Part shown: positions 37,742 to 48,221 of the stretch, piece by piece
How positions within the stretch are numbered: position 1 is the stretch's first letter
How the letters are laid out: the number at the start of each line of letters is the position of its first letter
NCBI GenBank assembly: GCA_963761735.1
Contig: CAVXHQ010000003.1
Span: 212,479-276,478, forward strand
Reading direction: 5' to 3'
From: an uncultured Alphaproteobacteria bacterium
GTDB taxonomy: Bacteria > Pseudomonadota > Alphaproteobacteria > Rhodobacterales > Rhodobacteraceae
DNA: 64,000 nucleotides
The notes under the pieces: generated by a model
Told to the model about the DNA's origin: nothing
Database searches by the model: none
The model's input: only the letters and a program-made list of their open reading frames with translations
Position numbers and translations under genes: made by a program

Positions 37742-38511
37742 GTCTCGTCTCCAGTAGGGATTGGTTTGGTCGCGATAAAGAGCGTCTCGCCCCGCATCAG
37801 ACCATATGTGAGGACATCGGGTTCGACGGCGGTAAACTCGCCCAGCGTAAACCCGGCGGCACGGATGCGGATGCGCAGGTCGCGACCATAGATGCGGACG
37901 TGGTCGGTCTGTCCGAAATGCACGAGGCGCTGTTTCGGCCCGTCGACGGACGCGTCCTCATAGGTATGCGCCCAGCCTTCGATCACCGGCGTGGCGAAAA
38001 ACGCGATGCCGCCGGGGGCGAGCATGCGGTACATCTCGGACAACGCCTTGGCATCGTCGACATGTTCGAGGACGTGGGAACAGATGATCCGGGTATACCC
38101 CGCGTCGGGCAGGCCCGTAGCCTCGATGTTGACGCGGTGCGTGACGCGGCGGCCCTCGGCAAGGTCGGACGTCTCGTAGAGCGCGACGCGCGGTTGCACA
38201 TGGTCGGTCACGAGTTTGTCCGGCGCGAAATGCAGCACGCGGTCGGTTGGCCCGAAGGGATCGCGACGCTGGCAGAACAGATGGAACAACCGGTGCCGTT
38301 CCAGCGCGTTGCACGACGGACAGCGCGCGTCGAACCGCGGTGGCTGACCGAAGGCGGTGAACATGCCGTGGTAGTCGCACACCGGGCAGGTCCGCGGATG
38401 GAGGCCGCGCGCCGCCTGCCGGAACCGGGCGATCTGGCGGTCGGCCTCGGCGGCTATTTTCGCCGCGAACTCTGCGGTGCGGTCGGTTTTGCTGACTGCC
38501 TCGCCGGTCAT
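37729..38511 (-). CDS. class I SAM-dependent methyltransferase with N-terminal CxxC...CxxC zinc-ribbon
   Basis: CPVCDYHG...[11 protein letters not shown]. Methyltransf_11/23-like blocks [32 protein letters not shown] overlap with the upstream lipoprotein gene. 13-nt overlap with the sdhB start. Confidence 0.65.
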   Translation of the reverse strand: MTGEAVSKTDRTAEFAAKIAAEADRQIARFRQAARGLHPRTCPVCDYHGMFTAFGQPPRFDARCPSCNALERHRLFHLFCQRRDPFGPTDRVLHFAPDKLVTDHVQPRVALYETSDLAEGRRVTHRVNIEATGLPDAGYTRIICSHVLEHVDDAKALSEMYRMLAPGGIAFFATPVIEGWAHTYEDASVDGPKQRLVHFGQTDHVRIYGRDLRIRIRAAGFTLGEFTAVEPDVLTYGLMRGETLFIATKPIPTGDETWSS

Positions 38512-38792
38512 CGTTCCAGCCTCGGAGGGCGAAACGGCGCCGATCCCGTGCGCCTTTCGACGCATTGCGCATAGACGGCGTTCGGATCGCGCCCCGTGAG
38601 GTAATCGCCCGTCACCCCGACCCGCAGATCGGTGAACGGCCCCGAGCTGGAGTTGGTGCCGAGCGTCACCGACCCGGTCGGGCCCTGCGCCGCACGCGCC
38701 CGGTCCTCGCACTGCAGCGCGACAACCTCGGGGTCGACCGGCACGGGCGTGCAGGCGACGAGAACGCCCAGAAGGATCAGTGGCGACCGCAT
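38508..38792 (-). CDS. small lipoprotein (94 aa), function unknown
   Basis: MRSPLILLGVLVAC lipobox. G/C-rich third positions. TGATG overlap upstream and ATGA overlap downstream. Confidence 0.5.
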   Translation of the reverse strand: MRSPLILLGVLVACTPVPVDPEVVALQCEDRARAAQGPTGSVTLGTNSSSGPFTDLRVGVTGDYLTGRDPNAVYAQCVERRTGSAPFRPPRLER

Positions 38793-39109
38793 CACAACGC
38801 CCCGCCTTGCAGGCAAAATCGCGTCGGCGCGCGCAAGAGCATCGGTTGCAGGACGGCATCGACCCCGTTCGGCGCGGTGGCCAGTGCGATCAGCTCGGCT
38901 GCCGTTGATGTGCCGACGATGCAGGGGGCGGTAACGTCGTTGATCGCCGCTGTCTCGTCCGCGCGAAACCGGACCACGAGATTGTCGACCGCACGCTCGA
39001 ACAGGGTGGCGCGGGCAACGGTTGACGGGGTGACGACGGGCACCTCGATGCGCGGCCCGCACGCCGCGAGCACCGGCAGCGCCATCAGGGCGACCCGCCC
39101 GGTCATCAT
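38792..39109 (-). CDS. small lipoprotein (105 aa), function unknown
   Basis: MMTGRVALMALPVLAAC lipobox. Strong G/C third-position bias. Stop overlaps the next start. Confidence 0.5.
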   Translation of the reverse strand: MMTGRVALMALPVLAACGPRIEVPVVTPSTVARATLFERAVDNLVVRFRADETAAINDVTAPCIVGTSTAAELIALATAPNGVDAVLQPMLLRAPTRFCLQGGAL

Positions 39110-39122
39110 GGCCCGTCCCACG

Positions 39123-39404
39123 TCAGATCTCGTCCAGAACGCAGGCGTTGAGTGCCTCCGGATCGCCCAGCTCGTCGAGTATGGCGGTTTTTGCGGCATC
39201 GCTCGCGGAGCCGGTAAACCGCGCGACCTGATCGTCCGACATTTGCAGCATGACGCATTGCGCGACAACGGACGCGGTGCGCGCGTCGATCTGCTGGGCC
39301 TGCAGCACGAGGACGATCTCGTCGCGCATCGCCGTGCGGGCGTCCTGCGCCACCGCGGGGGCAGCGATAACGGCAAGCGTTGCGACGAAAAATACGGCTT
39401 TCAT
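39123..39404 (-). CDS. small secreted protein (93 aa), function unknown
   Basis: [21 protein letters not shown] signal peptide. ATG overlaps the sdhA stop (TGATG 39402-39406). Confidence 0.5.
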   Translation of the reverse strand: MKAVFFVATLAVIAAPAVAQDARTAMRDEIVLVLQAQQIDARTASVVAQCVMLQMSDDQVARFTGSASDAAKTAILDELGDPEALNACVLDEI

Positions 39405-41209
39405 CAATAAACCCTCTTTTTCGGAGCGATCTTTTTCATGTCGATGCCGCCATCGGCCTCTTTCGTCAGAGGATCGAGGTGGACGGGACGATATTCAAGG
39501 CGCACGTCCGGCCCATCGACGTAAGAGAGGCTGTGTTTACGCCACTCCTTGTCGTTGCGGTCAGGATAATCCTCGTGGGCGTGGGCGCCACGGCTTTCCT
39601 TGCGGGCCTCGGCGGCGACGATGGTGGCCATCGCGTTGGGCATCAGGTTCGTCAGCTCAAGGGTTTCCATCAGGTCGGAATTCCAGATCATCGTCTGATC
39701 GGTAACATGCACGTCGTCCATGCCTTTGGCGATGTCGGTCATCTTGGTCACGCCCTCGGCCAGCGTCTTGTCGGTGCGGAATACCGCCGCGTCGTCCTGC
39801 ATCGCGTGCTGCATCTGGTCGCGCAGTTCCGCCGTGCCGGTCGAACCCCTGGCGTGACGGAGTGCGTCGAACCGGTCGAGCGCCTTCTGCACGCTGGCCA
39901 TGTTCGGTTTGGGCACGGATGTCGCCGGGTCCACGACCTTGCCCGCACGGATCGCGGCGGCACGACCGAACACGACAAGATCGATAAGGGAGTTCGAGCC
40001 GAGGCGGTTCGCACCGTGAACGCTCGCGCAGCCGGCCTCTCCTACGGCCATCAGGCCCGGGGCGATGGCATCGGGGGCGTCGGCTGTCGGGTTCAGCACC
40101 TCGCCCCAGTAATTCGTGGGAATGCCGCCCATGTTGTAGTGAACGGTGGGCAGGACCGGGATCGGCTCCTTGGTCAGGTCGACACCTGCAAAAATGCGGG
40201 CGCTTTCCGAAATGCCCGGCAGGCGCAAATCGAGGGTTTCGGGCGGCAGGTGGTTCAGGTTCAGGTGGATGTGGTCCTTCTTGTCGCCCACGCCGCGACC
40301 CTCGCGGATCTCCATCGTCATGCAGCGCGACACCACGTCGCGCGACGCAAGATCCTTGTAGGTGGGCGCGTACCGCTCCATGAACCGCTCGCCTTCGGAA
40401 TTGGTGAGGTATCCGCCCTCGCCCCGCGCGCCTTCGGTGATCAGACAGCCCGCGCCGTAGATGCCGGTGGGGTGGAACTGCACGAATTCCATGTCCTGCA
40501 ACGGCAGGCCCTGCCGCGCGACCATGCCGTTGCCGTCACCTGTACAGGTGTGCGCGCTGGTGGCCGAGAAATAGGCACGGCCATAGCCGCCGGTGGCGAG
40601 CACGACCATCTTCGCCGAAAACAGGTGCAGGGTGCCATCGTCGAGCTTCCACGCCAGCACGCCCTGACAGGTGCCGTCTTCGGACATGATCAGGTCGAGG
40701 GCGAAATACTCGATATAGAATTCGGCCTTCTGCTTGAGCGACTGGCCGTAGAGCGTGTGCAGGATCGCGTGGCCGGTGCGGTCGGCGGCGGCGCAGGTGC
40801 GCTGCACGGGCGGGCCCTCGCCGAATTCGGTGGTGTGGCCGCCGAACGGACGCTGATAGATGTTGCCCTCTTCGGTGCGCGAAAACGGCACGCCGTAATG
40901 CTCCAGCTCGTAGACCGCCTTGGGCGCCTCGCGGGCGAGGTATTCCATCGCGTCCGTGTCGCCCAGCCAGTCGCTGCCCTTGACGGTGTCGTACATGTGC
41001 CACTGCCAGTGGTCGGGCCCCATGTTCGACAGCGACGCGGCGATGCCGCCCTGGGCGGCGACGGTGTGCGAGCGGGTCGGGAAAACCTTGGTGATGCAGG
41101 CCGTCTTCAGGCCCTGTTCCGCCATCCCCAGGGTCGCGCGCAGACCCGCACCACCGGCGCCGACCACGACGACGTCGAATTCATGGGTCTCGTATTCATA
41201 TGCAGCCAT
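39404..41209 (-). CDS. sdhA: succinate dehydrogenase flavoprotein subunit
   Basis: [23 protein letters not shown] (FAD-linked His), HPTG, GGI.T and other canonical motifs; 601 aa. Confidence 0.95.
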   Translation of the reverse strand: MAAYEYETHEFDVVVVGAGGAGLRATLGMAEQGLKTACITKVFPTRSHTVAAQGGIAASLSNMGPDHWQWHMYDTVKGSDWLGDTDAMEYLAREAPKAVYELEHYGVPFSRTEEGNIYQRPFGGHTTEFGEGPPVQRTCAAADRTGHAILHTLYGQSLKQKAEFYIEYFALDLIMSEDGTCQGVLAWKLDDGTLHLFSAKMVVLATGGYGRAYFSATSAHTCTGDGNGMVARQGLPLQDMEFVQFHPTGIYGAGCLITEGARGEGGYLTNSEGERFMERYAPTYKDLASRDVVSRCMTMEIREGRGVGDKKDHIHLNLNHLPPETLDLRLPGISESARIFAGVDLTKEPIPVLPTVHYNMGGIPTNYWGEVLNPTADAPDAIAPGLMAVGEAGCASVHGANRLGSNSLIDLVVFGRAAAIRAGKVVDPATSVPKPNMASVQKALDRFDALRHARGSTGTAELRDQMQHAMQDDAAVFRTDKTLAEGVTKMTDIAKGMDDVHVTDQTMIWNSDLMETLELTNLMPNAMATIVAAEARKESRGAHAHEDYPDRNDKEWRKHSLSYVDGPDVRLEYRPVHLDPLTKEADGGIDMKKIAPKKRVY

Positions 41210-41229
41210 TGCGATGGTCCTGGATTACG

Positions 41230-41601
41230 TCAAAGGGCAAGGCGAACGATGGCCAGAAGGGCGAATGCCGCCGCCCCGTAGCTTACGCAGATCGCCGCGA
41301 TGAGTGTGATTTTGCGGGCTAGGCCTCGAACGTAGTCCTCAAGCAGAGTTTGAAAACCTTTACGAAAGTGCACCATGCCGACGAGGATCGTCAGCCCGGC
41401 GACCAATGCGGGCCAGGGCCGCCCGTAATAGACGAGGGCCTCGGCGTAGGGCAGGCCCAGCGCGAAGCCGAAGGTGAAGACGAACAGCGGGATCAGGATG
41501 ACCAGAGCCACCGAAGTGACGATCATGTGCCAGTGGTGCGCGGTCCCGCTGTGTGCGGCACCCTTGCCGACTGCCCGCTTTCGATCCGTCAGATATGCCA
41601 T
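41230..41601 (-). CDS. sdhD: succinate dehydrogenase membrane anchor subunit
   Basis: 123 aa, 3 TM helices, GTAHHWHM motif. Positioned between sdhC and sdhA. Confidence 0.9.
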   Translation of the reverse strand: MAYLTDRKRAVGKGAAHSGTAHHWHMIVTSVALVILIPLFVFTFGFALGLPYAEALVYYGRPWPALVAGLTILVGMVHFRKGFQTLLEDYVRGLARKITLIAAICVSYGAAAFALLAIVRLAL

Positions 41602-41613
41602 GTCCTGTACCCC

Positions 41614-41997
41614 TCAGAGTGCGAGCGCGGTGACGAACGCAAGCACCGTCGCGCCGCCCACCAGAATCTTGCCCACCGTGTCGCACAGATCCACGTCAAG
41701 GCCGTAGCCCGCATCCCAGATCAGGTGCCGGATGCCCGCAAGACTGTGATACCACAGCGCCCAGAGGGACAGGAACATCACCAGGTCGCCGAACCACGAG
41801 GTGATGAATCCGTCCGCGGTCGCGAAGGCGTCCGGTCCGGCGGCAAGGGCCCCGAACCACCACACCACCATGAACACCGCCACGATAAGGGCATTGCCGG
41901 TGATCCGCGTCAGGATCGACGTGACTGAAGTCCATTGCGGGCGATAGATGCTCAGGTGCGGGCTGAGGGGCCGGTTGCCCCGGTTCACGTCGGCCAT
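41614..41997 (-). CDS. sdhC: succinate dehydrogenase cytochrome b556 subunit
   Basis: RPLSPHLSIYRPQ...SI.HRITG signature; 127 aa. Confidence 0.9.
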   Translation of the reverse strand: MADVNRGNRPLSPHLSIYRPQWTSVTSILTRITGNALIVAVFMVVWWFGALAAGPDAFATADGFITSWFGDLVMFLSLWALWYHSLAGIRHLIWDAGYGLDVDLCDTVGKILVGGATVLAFVTALAL

Positions 41998-42280
41998 ATC
42001 GGGTCCTTTTCGTCGCAGCCTGCGGCCGCATTTATTACGTTGACGGAGTTGTGACGGGTTTCGGCGGGGAAGTCACGCGGTGGCGCGCGCAAAACCCGCG
42101 CCATATTGCCTCGCAAGGTGTCATTCGCCCTTGTCGCCGCGTCATTCGCCCCTTTTGATGGCACATATTCCGGTGGTGGGCGTCCGCACCCCGTGACTGT
42201 CTGGCCCCCCGGTATCTGTCCGGCCCCGGAACATGACGGGCCTTGCCGCATGACGTCCGGCCCGGTCGAAACCGGCGCGG

Positions 42281-43453
42281 CTACACCGGCATCAGCGCCC
42301 AGTAGTCCAGATCGAGCAGGACACCGTCGCCATAGGCCCCGTCGGGCCTGTGCAGCTCGGTATCGGTGCCGGTCGTCGCGACGAGGCGCAGGCGGATGGC
42401 GCCCGCACCGGGAACCGCCGTGGGCGCCGTGTCGAGGACCTGCGACCAGGCCCGCACGGTATCGCCCGCAAAACACGGCGCGACATGGGTGCCCGCGTTC
42501 AGCGCCAGCATCAGCTGCGCGTTCGCCAGCCCGTTGAACGACAGCGTGCGGGCCAGCGATATGATGTGGCCGCCATAGATCAGACGCCGCCCGTCGGCGC
42601 GCTGCGTCGTGTCGAAATGCACCTTTGCCGTGTTCTGCCACAGCCGGGTCGCCATCATGTGCTCGGCGTCCTCGATGGTGACGGCGTCGGTGTGGTCGAC
42701 GATCTCGCCCACGCGGTAATCGCCCAACCGGTGCGGCTCGCCCGCCTGAACGACATCGTAGCGTGAATAATCGAGGCCGCCCGGCGGCGTCAGGTCTGCG
42801 GCGGCAACCGCCGTCAACAGGTCCGGAACGACCGGGCCTTCCGCGACATTTGCGGGCACGGTCCCCGACGCGCGGCATTTGACCATGACCCAGCGCACGT
42901 ATTCCAGAACCTTTGCCCCGTACTGGTTGCGGCCCTCGCTGCGCACCCAGACGACACCGCTCTTGCCGCTGGAATTGAGCTTCAGGCCGATCACCCGCGA
43001 TGTCGCGGACAGCGTGTCACCCGGCCAGACGGGGGCCAGCCAGCGGCATTGCGCGTAGCCGAGGTTGGCCACCGCGTTGATCGAGATGTCGGGCACGGTC
43101 TTGCCGAACACCGTGTGGAACACGATCAGATCGTCGAGCGGCGCGGCCGCAAGCCCGCAGGCCCGCGCAAAGACGTCGGACGAATGGATCGCGGTGCGCG
43201 CGGGATAGAGCGCGTGATACAGTGCCCGCTCGCCGCCTGACAGCGTCCGCGGGACGGCATGGACGATGATCTCGTCCAGCCGGTAGTCCTCGAAGAAGCG
43301 ACCCGGATCTGTTTTCGTCGCGATACCGCGACCGGGATCTGCTTTCGTCGCGAGACCGCGACCGGGATCCGTTTTCGTCGCGATACCGCGACCCGGATCT
43401 GTTTTCGTCGCGATACCGCGACCGGGATCGGTTTTCGTCGCCGGACCGCTCAC
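42281..43453 (-). CDS. mch: mesaconyl-CoA hydratase (MaoC double hot-dog) with repeat-expanded N-terminus
   Basis: TDPGRFFEDYRLDE..., MaoC dehydratase blocks, ~340-aa core. GTG start 2 nt after the DUF1737 stop. Same operon as mcl2, as in the Rhodobacter sphaeroides cluster as I recall it. Confidence 0.8.
   Translation of the reverse strand: MSGPATKTDPGRGIATKTDPGRGIATKTDPGRGLATKADPGRGIATKTDPGRFFEDYRLDEIIVHAVPRTLSGGERALYHALYPARTAIHSSDVFARACGLAAAPLDDLIVFHTVFGKTVPDISINAVANLGYAQCRWLAPVWPGDTLSATSRVIGLKLNSSGKSGVVWVRSEGRNQYGAKVLEYVRWVMVKCRASGTVPANVAEGPVVPDLLTAVAAADLTPPGGLDYSRYDVVQAGEPHRLGDYRVGEIVDHTDAVTIEDAEHMMATRLWQNTAKVHFDTTQRADGRRLIYGGHIISLARTLSFNGLANAQLMLALNAGTHVAPCFAGDTVRAWSQVLDTAPTAVPGAGAIRLRLVATTGTDTELHRPDGAYGDGVLLDLDYWALMPV
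43301..43450 (-). repeat. 5 x 30-bp in-frame tandem repeat encoding (ATKTDPGRGI)n
   Basis: Units at 43301, 43331, 43361, 43391 and 43421. Units 1 and 4 are identical; the others differ at 2-6 positions. Confidence 0.95.
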
Positions 43454-43455
43454 GC

Positions 43456-43662
43456 CTATTGCGCCCCCAATTTCATTTCGGGCGCATAGGGCGCGGCCAC
43501 CTCCTTGGTGACGGCCTGACCGCAGCGCATCACGCCGTTCGCCGCATCGAACCCGTAGGTCGGGTCGCCATGCAGCGTCCAGCCCTTCGACAGTGCCGCG
43601 CTCACCTTGTGGCAGAACGCCGACGTGTCGTCGCCCGTCAGCAGACGGTAGATCATCGGCAT
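43456..43662 (-). CDS. DUF1737 domain protein (68 aa)
   Basis: MPMIYRLLTGDDTSAFCHKVSAALSKGWTLHG.P pattern recalled for DUF1737. Internal ATG of ORF 43456..43686. Confidence 0.6.
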   Translation of the reverse strand: MPMIYRLLTGDDTSAFCHKVSAALSKGWTLHGDPTYGFDAANGVMRCGQAVTKEVAAPYAPEMKLGAQ

Positions 43663-43666
43663 GTCG

Positions 43667-44227
43667 TCATCCCCACGGTTGCACACCCAACCAGTTGTGG
43701 ATCGCCATGACGACGCCCATCACGACGAGGGCCACGACGGCGATCACCACCTCCTTGCGCGCGGACCCGCGCCGTGGCGGCACGAACGGCCCGTCCTGCG
43801 CGTTGATCAGCACCATTTCGACGAACGCCCAGACCAGCAGCCCGCCGAACAGGACGAACGACGCGGTATCGCCGTTCACCAGCAGATGCGCCGCCGCCCA
43901 GACCGAAAATCCGATCAGCTGCGGGTGCCGGGTCTTGGTGCCGATCCAGATCCGCGGACGGCCCGGCGGCGCGGCACCGGCGGCATAGATATAGAACGCG
44001 ACGACTATCGCGAGGTTGTTGATCCCGACGAGCGCCGGGGACCGCCCCCAGAAGAACGTCGTGTCGGCGTCCCGATAGCCGATCACCATGAGGACGACGC
44101 TGGCGACGACCGCCAGCGCAATGATCACCTTGCCCGCCGTGCCCATCTGCGCGCGCAGGCCCGGCGCGAGCCGTTTGAAGAGATGTGCCGCCCACCATAG
44201 GACAAGGCCCGCGATCAAAAGTGTCAT
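43667..44227 (-). CDS. NnrU family membrane protein
   Basis: 186 aa, 5 TM helices, TRHPQLIGFSVWAAAHLLVNGD signature. ATGA overlap with the mcl2 stop. Confidence 0.75.
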   Translation of the reverse strand: MTLLIAGLVLWWAAHLFKRLAPGLRAQMGTAGKVIIALAVVASVVLMVIGYRDADTTFFWGRSPALVGINNLAIVVAFYIYAAGAAPPGRPRIWIGTKTRHPQLIGFSVWAAAHLLVNGDTASFVLFGGLLVWAFVEMVLINAQDGPFVPPRRGSARKEVVIAVVALVVMGVVMAIHNWLGVQPWG

Positions 44228-45105
44228 AACGTGCGCTCCGCTGCTGCTGCCTGAATTGCCGCTGCCCGGGCCAGCAAAGCGCGGGCGGCGGCGACATGCA
44301 AGTTCTCTACGATGGATCCGTCGAGAACGGCCACCCCCTGACCCGCCGCCTTTGCCGCGTCATGGGCCGCGATCTGGCAGGTCGCGCGGTCGATTTCCGC
44401 CGTCGTCGGGCCGAAGGCTGCGTTGGCGGCGTCGATCTGGGCGGGGTGGATCAGGCTTTTGCCGTCAAACCCCATGTCGCGGCCCTGCGCGCATTCGGCG
44501 ATGAGGCCGTCGGTGTCGCGAAACCCGTTGAACACGCCGTCGATGGCCACCTTGCCGTGCGCCCGCGCGGCCAAGAGGGCGGCGCCCAGCGCATACAGCA
44601 GCGGCGCGCGGCCCTTTGCTGCGCGCGCGCCAATATCTGCGGCCAGATCGTTGGTGCCCATGACGATGCCCGCCAGGAACGTGTGCGCCGCGATATCGGC
44701 GGCATTCAGGATGCCGCCGGGCGTTTCGATCATCGCCCAGACCGGCAACGTTCCGGTGACGGCCACCACGGCATCGATGTCCGCAACGCTCCCGACCTTT
44801 GGGATGAGAACGCCGTCGCAGCGCCCTTTGTCGGCCAGCGCCGCCACCATCGCCAGATCCGCCGCACCCCATGCCGTCTGGGGCGCGTTGACCCGGACGA
44901 TGCGCTGGCGCGGACCGAAATCCACGGCGAGCGTTGCGGCGAGCGTATCGTGAACCGCGGCGCGGGCGGCATCTTTGCTGTCGGGCGCCACGGCATCCTC
45001 GAGGTCGATCAACACGGCATCGACGGCCAGCGTCGGCGCCTTGGACAGGGCCTTGGCGTTGGACCCGGGAACGTAGAGGGCGGAACGATAGGGACGGACG
45101 GACAT
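44224..45105 (-). CDS. mcl2: HpcH/CitE-family malyl-CoA thioesterase/lyase (Mcl2-like)
   Basis: RSALYVPG, IDLEDAV, WAMIETP, GTNDLA, GFDGKSLIHPAQI motifs. ATG at 45105 preferred over the GTG at 45114. Confidence 0.7.
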   Translation of the reverse strand: MSVRPYRSALYVPGSNAKALSKAPTLAVDAVLIDLEDAVAPDSKDAARAAVHDTLAATLAVDFGPRQRIVRVNAPQTAWGAADLAMVAALADKGRCDGVLIPKVGSVADIDAVVAVTGTLPVWAMIETPGGILNAADIAAHTFLAGIVMGTNDLAADIGARAAKGRAPLLYALGAALLAARAHGKVAIDGVFNGFRDTDGLIAECAQGRDMGFDGKSLIHPAQIDAANAAFGPTTAEIDRATCQIAAHDAAKAAGQGVAVLDGSIVENLHVAAARALLARAAAIQAAAAERTL

Positions 45106-45116
45106 CGGCGGCACCT

Positions 45117-45178
45117 TTATAACAGCGCAAGTGTATTATAACAGCGCAAGCGTATCACTGCGCAAGATTGTTGCGCCC
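45117..45178 (-). promoter_or_regulatory. 19-bp tandem direct repeats plus an inverted repeat upstream of mcl2
   Basis: TATAACAGCGCAAG(T/C)GTAT at 45118-45136 and 45137-45155. Partial third copy CACTGCGCAAG. GCGCAA-gattg-TTGCGC (45160-45176). Confidence 0.45.
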
Positions 45179-45507
45179 CTTGTGACGACATAACGCACCG
45201 GCCTTCAACCGTCTTGTGGACCTGCCGATCATTGGCACCTCCCGGACGTGTCGAAAAGTGCTGCCCCGGACGAAGCGCGTCATGAAGATCACGAGTTGCC
45301 GGAGGACGCGGGCCGTTGCCTGTCGTCCTGCACGGCGAACGCTCCGTTAAGCAATATTTGCCATGATCGGAGACATTGTGATGCCAATCAAGCCGCGCAG
45401 ACAGGGCCGCCGACACAGGCCGGCGGGCAAATGCGGCACACCGACCGCCGTTATTCGCGCCCGACCGGGCCCTGTCCGGCTGCGCCCCAACTCTGGATGG
45501 ATCCGAT

Positions 45508-45867
45508 ATGACACTGCTCCCCTTTCACCGCCCTTCTTGCCGCCCGACCCGTTCCGCCACCGCAACAGCGCTGCGGACACTGGCCGTGGGTGCCTTTGCG
45601 GCAACCGCTGCTCCGGCGGCGGCGCAAAATCGCAACTGCGCGCCCCACGACGCCGTCGTGATGCGCCTGGCCGAGGGCTACGGCGAAAGCCGCCGTTCCA
45701 TCGCCCTTGGCGCCGACAATACCGTGGTCGAGGTTTTCGCCTCGCTCGAGACCGGCACCTGGACGATCACCGTGACGACGCCGGGCGGCCCCACCTGCCT
45801 CGTGGCGGCGGGCGAGGCCTATCAGGAGATGAACGATCCCCTGCCCAACACCGATCCGGGCGCCTGA
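45508..45867 (+). CDS. small secreted protein (119 aa), conserved hypothetical
   Basis: Signal peptide ...AFAATAAPAAA-QN. Two Cys residues. GTWTITVTTPGGPTCLVAAG pattern. Confidence 0.5.
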   Translation: MTLLPFHRPSCRPTRSATATALRTLAVGAFAATAAPAAAQNRNCAPHDAVVMRLAEGYGESRRSIALGADNTVVEVFASLETGTWTITVTTPGGPTCLVAAGEAYQEMNDPLPNTDPGA

Positions 45868-46066
45868 GGCGCGACAGCGGAACCGGCCGGTTCATGCCGG
45901 TTTTCGCCTCTGCCGGGGTCTGCATCGGCGACATTCGGCGCAGATGCGGCCCCGGTGGGCATCACAGCCGCATTTCTCGATCGGCCCTGAAACCAATTCA
46001 CGAACGGACGGTTGTGTCTTCGAGTCACTGCGGCATCGTTCGCCGCGATTGAATGAAGGAACCGCC

Positions 46067-47000
46067 ATGAAACGCCTACTTGCAACCACCGCAACCGCAG
46101 TAGTCCTCGGCACCACCGCCATCGCCCAGACCGGGATGCCACGGGCATCGGCTCCGTCGACATCATGTCGGCAGACTACTTCGCCAGCGACCTGATCGGA
46201 ATGCGCATCTACGCACGTGACGTCGAGGTCGGCACCGATGGCGGCATGTTCGATCTGACCGACGGTTGGGAAGACATCGGCGAGATCAACGACCTGATCA
46301 TCACCGAAGAAGGACGATGTTCCGGCAGCGCTCGTCGGGGTCGGCGGATTTCCTTGGGATCGGCGAAAAGGACGTCGCGATCTCGATGGACCGGATCGAT
46401 TTCTACACGGACGTCGACGGCACTGAGTTTCTCGTGATCGGCACCACCGCCGAGGTTCTGGAAAATGCCCCGGCATTCGAGATGGAAGAGGACGAAGCGA
46501 CCGCCGTCGCGAGCAGAGGAAATGATGGAGCCGCCGCTCACCGAAGGTGCGATGGAGGGACGATGGATGCCACCGAGGACGAGGTGGCCGAAATTGCCGC
46601 CGACACCGAAACCGCGATGGACGATGCGGGGACAGAGATGTCCGAGGTTCGTCGACGGACAGGCCCGCAGGACACGCTCGAAACCGCGATCAACGTCGAT
46701 CCGGATCCGACACATGGATGGACAGCTACGTCGCCATCGAGATGGACAGCGTCCCCGCCGAAGATCTCGTCGGCACGGTCGTCTACGACAGCAGTGACAG
46801 CAACATCGGCGAGATCGGCGAATTGACACCAGCCGGTGCCGTGGTCGACGTCGGCGGCTTTATCGGGATTGGCGAAAAGCACGTCCTGCTGGATATCGAC
46901 CGACATGACGCTGATGCAGGAAATCGACGGTGACGACCTGATCGTCACCCTCGACACGACGATGGAAGTCCTCGAAGCGATGCCCGAATACGAGGGCTGA
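46067..47000 (+). pseudogene. tandem PRC-barrel domain protein with at least five frameshifts
   Basis: AAGGA RBS, then ATG 46067 and a signal peptide. PRC motifs GVGGF|LGIGEKDVAIS and VDVGGFIGIGEKHVLL. The coding sense hops between frames at about 46130, 46310, 46349-46351, 46650-46720 and 46900. Total length 934 nt = 3n+1. Confidence 0.7.
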
Positions 47001-47023
47001 TACGACCGGTCACATCGAATTTA

Positions 47024-47049
47024 CGGCCGCTCCCTCGGGGGCGGCCTTT
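47024..47049 (+). terminator. stem-loop after the PRC-barrel gene
   Basis: GGCCGCTCCC-tcg-GGGGCGGCC followed by TTTC. Confidence 0.45.
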
Positions 47050-47188
47050 CATGTGCATCCCGCAGCGTGCGATGTGGCACCGGGATCATGCTGTCGGGCA
47101 GCGCGCGGCACAGCACCGGGTTCACGCGTATCGCGCAGCGCGCGGCGCAGCACCGGGCAGGCTTGCACGGGGGCACGCACAAGGATAG

Positions 47189-48191
<1,003 letters not shown>

Positions 48192-48221
48192 GAGCAAGCC
48201 TCATCCACAGGACCGACTTGC

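Noticed and set aside
43301-43450. The 30-bp repeats, considered as a CRISPR array.
   Set aside because: The units are contiguous with no spacers. They lie in frame inside the mch ORF, and no cas genes are nearby.
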